From: Clostridia bacterium
GTDB lineage: Bacteria > Bacillota > Clostridia > Oscillospirales > CAG-272
Direction: 5' to 3'
Assembly (NCBI GenBank): GCA_017937135.1
Contig: JAGBEE010000042.1
Coordinates: 11,885 to 75,884, forward strand
DNA: 64,000 bases
The position numbers and the translations under genes were made by a program. The notes beneath the pieces were generated by a model. That model did no database searches and had not been told where the DNA came from. It saw nothing but the letters and a program-made list of their open reading frames with translations. Shown in pieces: positions 60,216 through 64,000 of the stretch; the stretch's first letter is position 1, and each line of letters opens with the position of its first letter.

Positions 60216-62795
60216 TTAGTTAAATAATTTTTTAAGCTCAAATATAAAATTCATTGCTTCAATTGGTGTAATTGTGTTTAGGTCAAGCTTCTTTATTTTA
60301 TCAGCTGCCTCGTAAATTGCCATATCCTCAAAGCTCATTATCTGATTTGGCTCATTTACCTTCTTTTGCGAGCGTGATTCAACTACTCCGTTTTCTACCA
60401 TTTCATTAAGGATTACCTTTGCTCTTTTCACTACCTCGTTTGGCACGCCTGCAAGCTTAGCAACCTCGATACCAAAGCTGTCATCTGTTGGTCCCTTTAC
60501 GATTTTGCGAAGGAAGGTTATATCATCCCCACGCTTTTTGGCAGCAATATTGTAGTTTACAATTCCGTCAAGCTCGTTTTCTAAGTCAGTAAGCTCGTGA
60601 TAATGTGTTGCAAACATTGATTTTGCGCCTATTTTCTTGCTTACTGTATATTCTGCAATTGCACGCGCAATGCTCATTCCGTCATAGGTGCTTGTGCCTC
60701 TACCTATTTCATCATATATTATAAAGCTGTTTTTTGTTGCGTTGGCTAAGATATATGCTACCTCGCTCATTTCAAGCATAAAGGTTGACTGTCCAGAGGC
60801 TAAGTCATCTGATGCGCCAATGCGTGTAAAAAGCTTATCTATAACACCTATTCTTGCGCTCTTAGCAGGAACAAATGAGCCAATTTGTGCCATCAAAGCT
60901 ATCAACGCGCTTTGACGCATATAGGTTGACTTACCTGCCATATTAGGTCCTGTAATAAGTGCCATTTTGTCCGTTGTAGTATTTAGATATGTATCGTTAG
61001 GAACAAAATAGCTGTCCTTTACAAATTGCTCTACAACCGGGTGGCGTCCGTCCCTTATATCGATTACATCGCTATAATCAACCTCGGGGCAAACATAGCT
61101 GTTTTTAACTGCAACCTCTGCAAGCGAAACGTAAACGTCGAGCTTAGCCAAGAGGTTTGCACTTGTTTGTACTCTTGTAAGATTTTTAGCAATCTCGTTT
61201 CTTAGCTGAACAAAAAGCTCGTATTCTAATACGCAAAGCTTGTCCTTTGCGCCAAGCACCGAGGATTCCATCATCTTCAATTCCTCAGTAATATATCTTT
61301 CACAGTTAGAAAGGGTTTGCTTTCTTATGTATCTTTCGGGGACTTGTCCTACTAAGGATTTTGTAACCTCTATATAGTAGCCAAAAACACGGTTATAGCC
61401 TATTCTAAGGGTCTTTATTCCCGTTTTTTCTCTTTCGTCCTCTTCTATTTTGTTTATCCAGCCCTTGCCATCATTCATTATGTTGCGCAGCTGGTCTATT
61501 TCCTCATTTACGCCATCTTGAATGAAGCCTCCCTCTCTTATTGAAAAGGGTGGGTTTTCAACTATCATATTATTGATAATTTCTGTTATATCCTCGAGGG
61601 AATCAAGACCCTCTCTTATTTTCAAAAGCTCATTTGCATTTACGGAGCAAAGAAGGCTTTTTATCTCAGGGATAACACTAAGGGTTGATGAAATCGCCCT
61701 CATATCCTTGCCATTTGCAGTACCGTAAACTATTTTTGTCATAAGTCTTTCAAGGTCTAATACATTCTTTAAAAGTGCCGTTATTTCGCCTCTTAAAACT
61801 ATATCATCACATAGATTAGACACAGCGCCCTGTCTTTCGTTAATTGCCTTAACGTCAAGGAGTGGGTGCTCGACGTAATTTCTTAACATTCTTGCGCCCA
61901 TTGAGGTGCTTGTCTTGTCAAGAACCCAGTAAAGAGTTCCTCTTTTTTCCTTAGAGCGCATTGTTTCGCAAAGCTCTAAGTTGCGACGGGTGTTCAAATC
62001 CATTTCAAGATATTGTCCCTCGCCATAAATGTTTATTCTATTGATATATGAAATATCTGTTTTTTGAGTCTTTAATATGTACTCTAATATCGCGCCTGTT
62101 GCGTATATAACAGACAAGTCGTTTTGATATTTATTAAAAAATTCGTTGCCAAAATGGCGCTTTGTTGCTTCAAGACAGCACTCATAATCGTAAAGCGCAT
62201 AGCAATCAAATTCTACAAGCGCACTTAATTTTGTTCTTGCAAAATCATAAAGCTGTGCGCCCTTTTCCTTAGGAATGTTTGTAATAATTTCCTTAGGAGC
62301 ATATGTACCAAGCTCGTTTAGTACTCTATTTATGTCGTTTTCAAGCGCTGTTGCACAAATTTCACCTGTGGAAATATCTGCAAAGCACATTCCTATTCTA
62401 TTACTGTCAAAATAAATTGAGCAAAGATAGTTATTTTTTGTTTCTGTAAGGAGTGAGCTTTCTACAACTGTGCCAGGTGTAATCTCGCGCACTACCTCTC
62501 TTTTTACAATACCCTTTGCTTGTGAGGGGTCCTCCATTTGCTCGCAAATTGCGACCTTATACCCCTTAGATATCAGCTTGCCAATAAATGGCTCAACGCT
62601 GTGGTAAGGAACGCCACACATTGGTGCGCGCTCCTTTTCGCCACAGTCTCTTCCTGTTAATGTAAGCTCTAATTCTCTTGATGCAATTTTTGCATCATCG
62701 AAGAACATTTCATAAAAATCTCCGAGACGATAAAACAGTATAAAATCTTTATATTGTTCTTTTATCTCAAGATATTGAAGCATCATTGAAGTCAT
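60216..62795 (-). CDS. mutS: DNA mismatch repair protein MutS
   Basis: GDFYEMF, TGPNMAGKSTYMRQ, DEIGRGTST, ATHYHEL; start at MTSMMLQY. Confidence 0.97.
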   Translation of the reverse strand: MTSMMLQYLEIKEQYKDFILFYRLGDFYEMFFDDAKIASRELELTLTGRDCGEKERAPMCGVPYHSVEPFIGKLISKGYKVAICEQMEDPSQAKGIVKREVVREITPGTVVESSLLTETKNNYLCSIYFDSNRIGMCFADISTGEICATALENDINRVLNELGTYAPKEIITNIPKEKGAQLYDFARTKLSALVEFDCYALYDYECCLEATKRHFGNEFFNKYQNDLSVIYATGAILEYILKTQKTDISYINRINIYGEGQYLEMDLNTRRNLELCETMRSKEKRGTLYWVLDKTSTSMGARMLRNYVEHPLLDVKAINERQGAVSNLCDDIVLRGEITALLKNVLDLERLMTKIVYGTANGKDMRAISSTLSVIPEIKSLLCSVNANELLKIREGLDSLEDITEIINNMIVENPPFSIREGGFIQDGVNEEIDQLRNIMNDGKGWINKIEEDEREKTGIKTLRIGYNRVFGYYIEVTKSLVGQVPERYIRKQTLSNCERYITEELKMMESSVLGAKDKLCVLEYELFVQLRNEIAKNLTRVQTSANLLAKLDVYVSLAEVAVKNSYVCPEVDYSDVIDIRDGRHPVVEQFVKDSYFVPNDTYLNTTTDKMALITGPNMAGKSTYMRQSALIALMAQIGSFVPAKSARIGVIDKLFTRIGASDDLASGQSTFMLEMSEVAYILANATKNSFIIYDEIGRGTSTYDGMSIARAIAEYTVSKKIGAKSMFATHYHELTDLENELDGIVNYNIAAKKRGDDITFLRKIVKGPTDDSFGIEVAKLAGVPNEVVKRAKVILNEMVENGVVESRSQKKVNEPNQIMSFEDMAIYEAADKIKKLDLNTITPIEAMNFIFELKKLFN

Positions 62796-62826
62796 ACTGC
62801 TTTCCTCTCTTTCTTTTTTAATTATA

Positions 62827-63222
62827 TTAGTGGTGGTGATGTCCGCAGTCTGAGCCACAGCTTGAGCAGTCGTGTGCACAGGGGCGTTGACCTGTAATTT
62901 GGAATTCGATTTCAGCATTAACCTCGTTCATAAGCGCATTTACTGCCTCTTGAGCCTCGCTAATCTTTATAAAGGCTTCATTAGCTGTAACCTCTGCTAC
63001 TATTGCGTCAAGACGGTTGCCGATAGCCTCGACAACCTTTTCGTCAACAGGGGACTTTTTGTATTCCTCTGCAAGTGCGATTTGTTGAGTGTTGTACTCA
63101 AGCATAAGAGCTTGAATCTTCTCATTCTTCTCATATGCTTCCTTTGCTTCGTTCATTTTAGCAACGCGCTCGTCTGCCTTGATAGCTTGTCCGAGCTGTG
63201 CTGCAAGCTCCATAATTTCCAT
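62827..63222 (-). CDS. YlbF/YmcA (RicAF-like) family protein
   Basis: Helical 131-aa protein with Cys/His tail, located between miaB and mutS as in Bacillus. Confidence 0.8.
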   Translation of the reverse strand: MEIMELAAQLGQAIKADERVAKMNEAKEAYEKNEKIQALMLEYNTQQIALAEEYKKSPVDEKVVEAIGNRLDAIVAEVTANEAFIKISEAQEAVNALMNEVNAEIEFQITGQRPCAHDCSSCGSDCGHHHH

Positions 63223-63237
63223 GGTTTTCTCCTATTA

Positions 63238-64000
63238 TTATATTATTTCACCGTACAGTGCAAATGTGTCTGTACGTGTGATTTTTACATTGATAAATTT
63301 TCCTGTATAGTCCTTGTCGCACTCGAAGTGAACTATTTTATTACCCTCGGTGCGCGAGGTATATACATTTTCATTATTTTTGCTTTTTCCGTCAACTAAG
63401 ACTCTTATTGTCCTTCCAATATAGCCCTCGTTTATTTCCTTGGAAATTTCGTTTTGCACCTCGCACAGCCTTTCGTATCTTTGGTGCTTTATCTCCTCTG
63501 GAATTTGGTCCTCCATTTGATAAGCAGGTGTACCCTTGCGCGGTGAGAATATGAAGGTAAAAATCGAATCATATCTTACCTTTTTTATAATATCAAGGGT
63601 CTTTTCAAAGTCCTTTTCGCTCTCGCCCGGGAAGCCTACTATTATATCTGTGGTTAAGGTTATATCATCACTATTTTCTCTTAGTCCATTAATGATTTCA
63701 AGATATCTTTCGGTTGTGTATCGTCTGTTCATTCGGTTGAGTACCTCATCCGAGCCACTTTGTAGTGGGAGGTGGAAGTGATTTGCACAGTGGGGGTTTT
63801 CCTTTAATGCCCTTATCATTTGCTTTGATGCATCCTTAGGATGTGAGGTCATTAAATGTATCATAAAATCGCCATCTATTTTGGCAATTTCGTCAAGTAA
63901 ATCTGCTATTGTCGGAGTGCCCTTTAAGTCCTTGCCGTATGAGTTTACGTTTTGTCCAAGCAGGGTAATGTCCTTATAGCCACGACCTGCAAGGTCTTTA
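63238..64000 (-). CDS. miaB: tRNA methylthiotransferase MiaB, 5' part outside the window
   Basis: MTSHPKD, HLPLQSGS, DIIVGFPGE, FSPRKGT and C-terminal TRAM domain. Confidence 0.93.
   Translation of the reverse strand, partial: KDLAGRGYKDITLLGQNVNSYGKDLKGTPTIADLLDEIAKIDGDFMIHLMTSHPKDASKQMIRALKENPHCANHFHLPLQSGSDEVLNRMNRRYTTERYLEIINGLRENSDDITLTTDIIVGFPGESEKDFEKTLDIIKKVRYDSIFTFIFSPRKGTPAYQMEDQIPEEIKHQRYERLCEVQNEISKEINEGYIGRTIRVLVDGKSKNNENVYTSRTEGNKIVHFECDKDYTGKFINVKITRTDTFALYGEII

Overview
AT-rich chromosomal segment that looks like a Clostridia-type (Bacillota) anaerobe, judged from gene content, the T-box and sigmaA promoters. Core genes: fprA-rubredoxin, two glycoside hydrolases, tRNA-Met/Glu, a ZIP transporter, an acyltransferase-GT8-acyltransferase cluster, a complete his operon led by a YerC/TrpR-like repressor with a visible operator, a Leu T-box-controlled leu/ilv operon, ilvE, an ECF S component, a PhoP/PhoR-like two-component pair, an aldehyde dehydrogenase, an egsA-HAD-GH36 operon and miaB-ylbF/ymcA-mutS-mutL-tgt. 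Accessory DNA lies next to tRNA-Pro: a degenerate P-loop protein, a WYL regulator, an HNH-like protein, an unannotated 54-aa ORF, a Fic protein and degenerate tRNA copies. The most unusual signal is non-coding. Three arrays (5403-5565, 20980-21159, 21226-21397) share one architecture but use different core motifs: four direct motif copies then four inverted copies, each separated by a mini-hairpin, with purine-rich loops mostly on opposite strands in the two halves. One array is the leader of a four-helix-bundle (Avd/IVS-like) gene. The other two sit together inside a ~480-bp unit bounded by related inverted hairpins. All calls come from reading the sequence and the ORF translations; no database searches were run.
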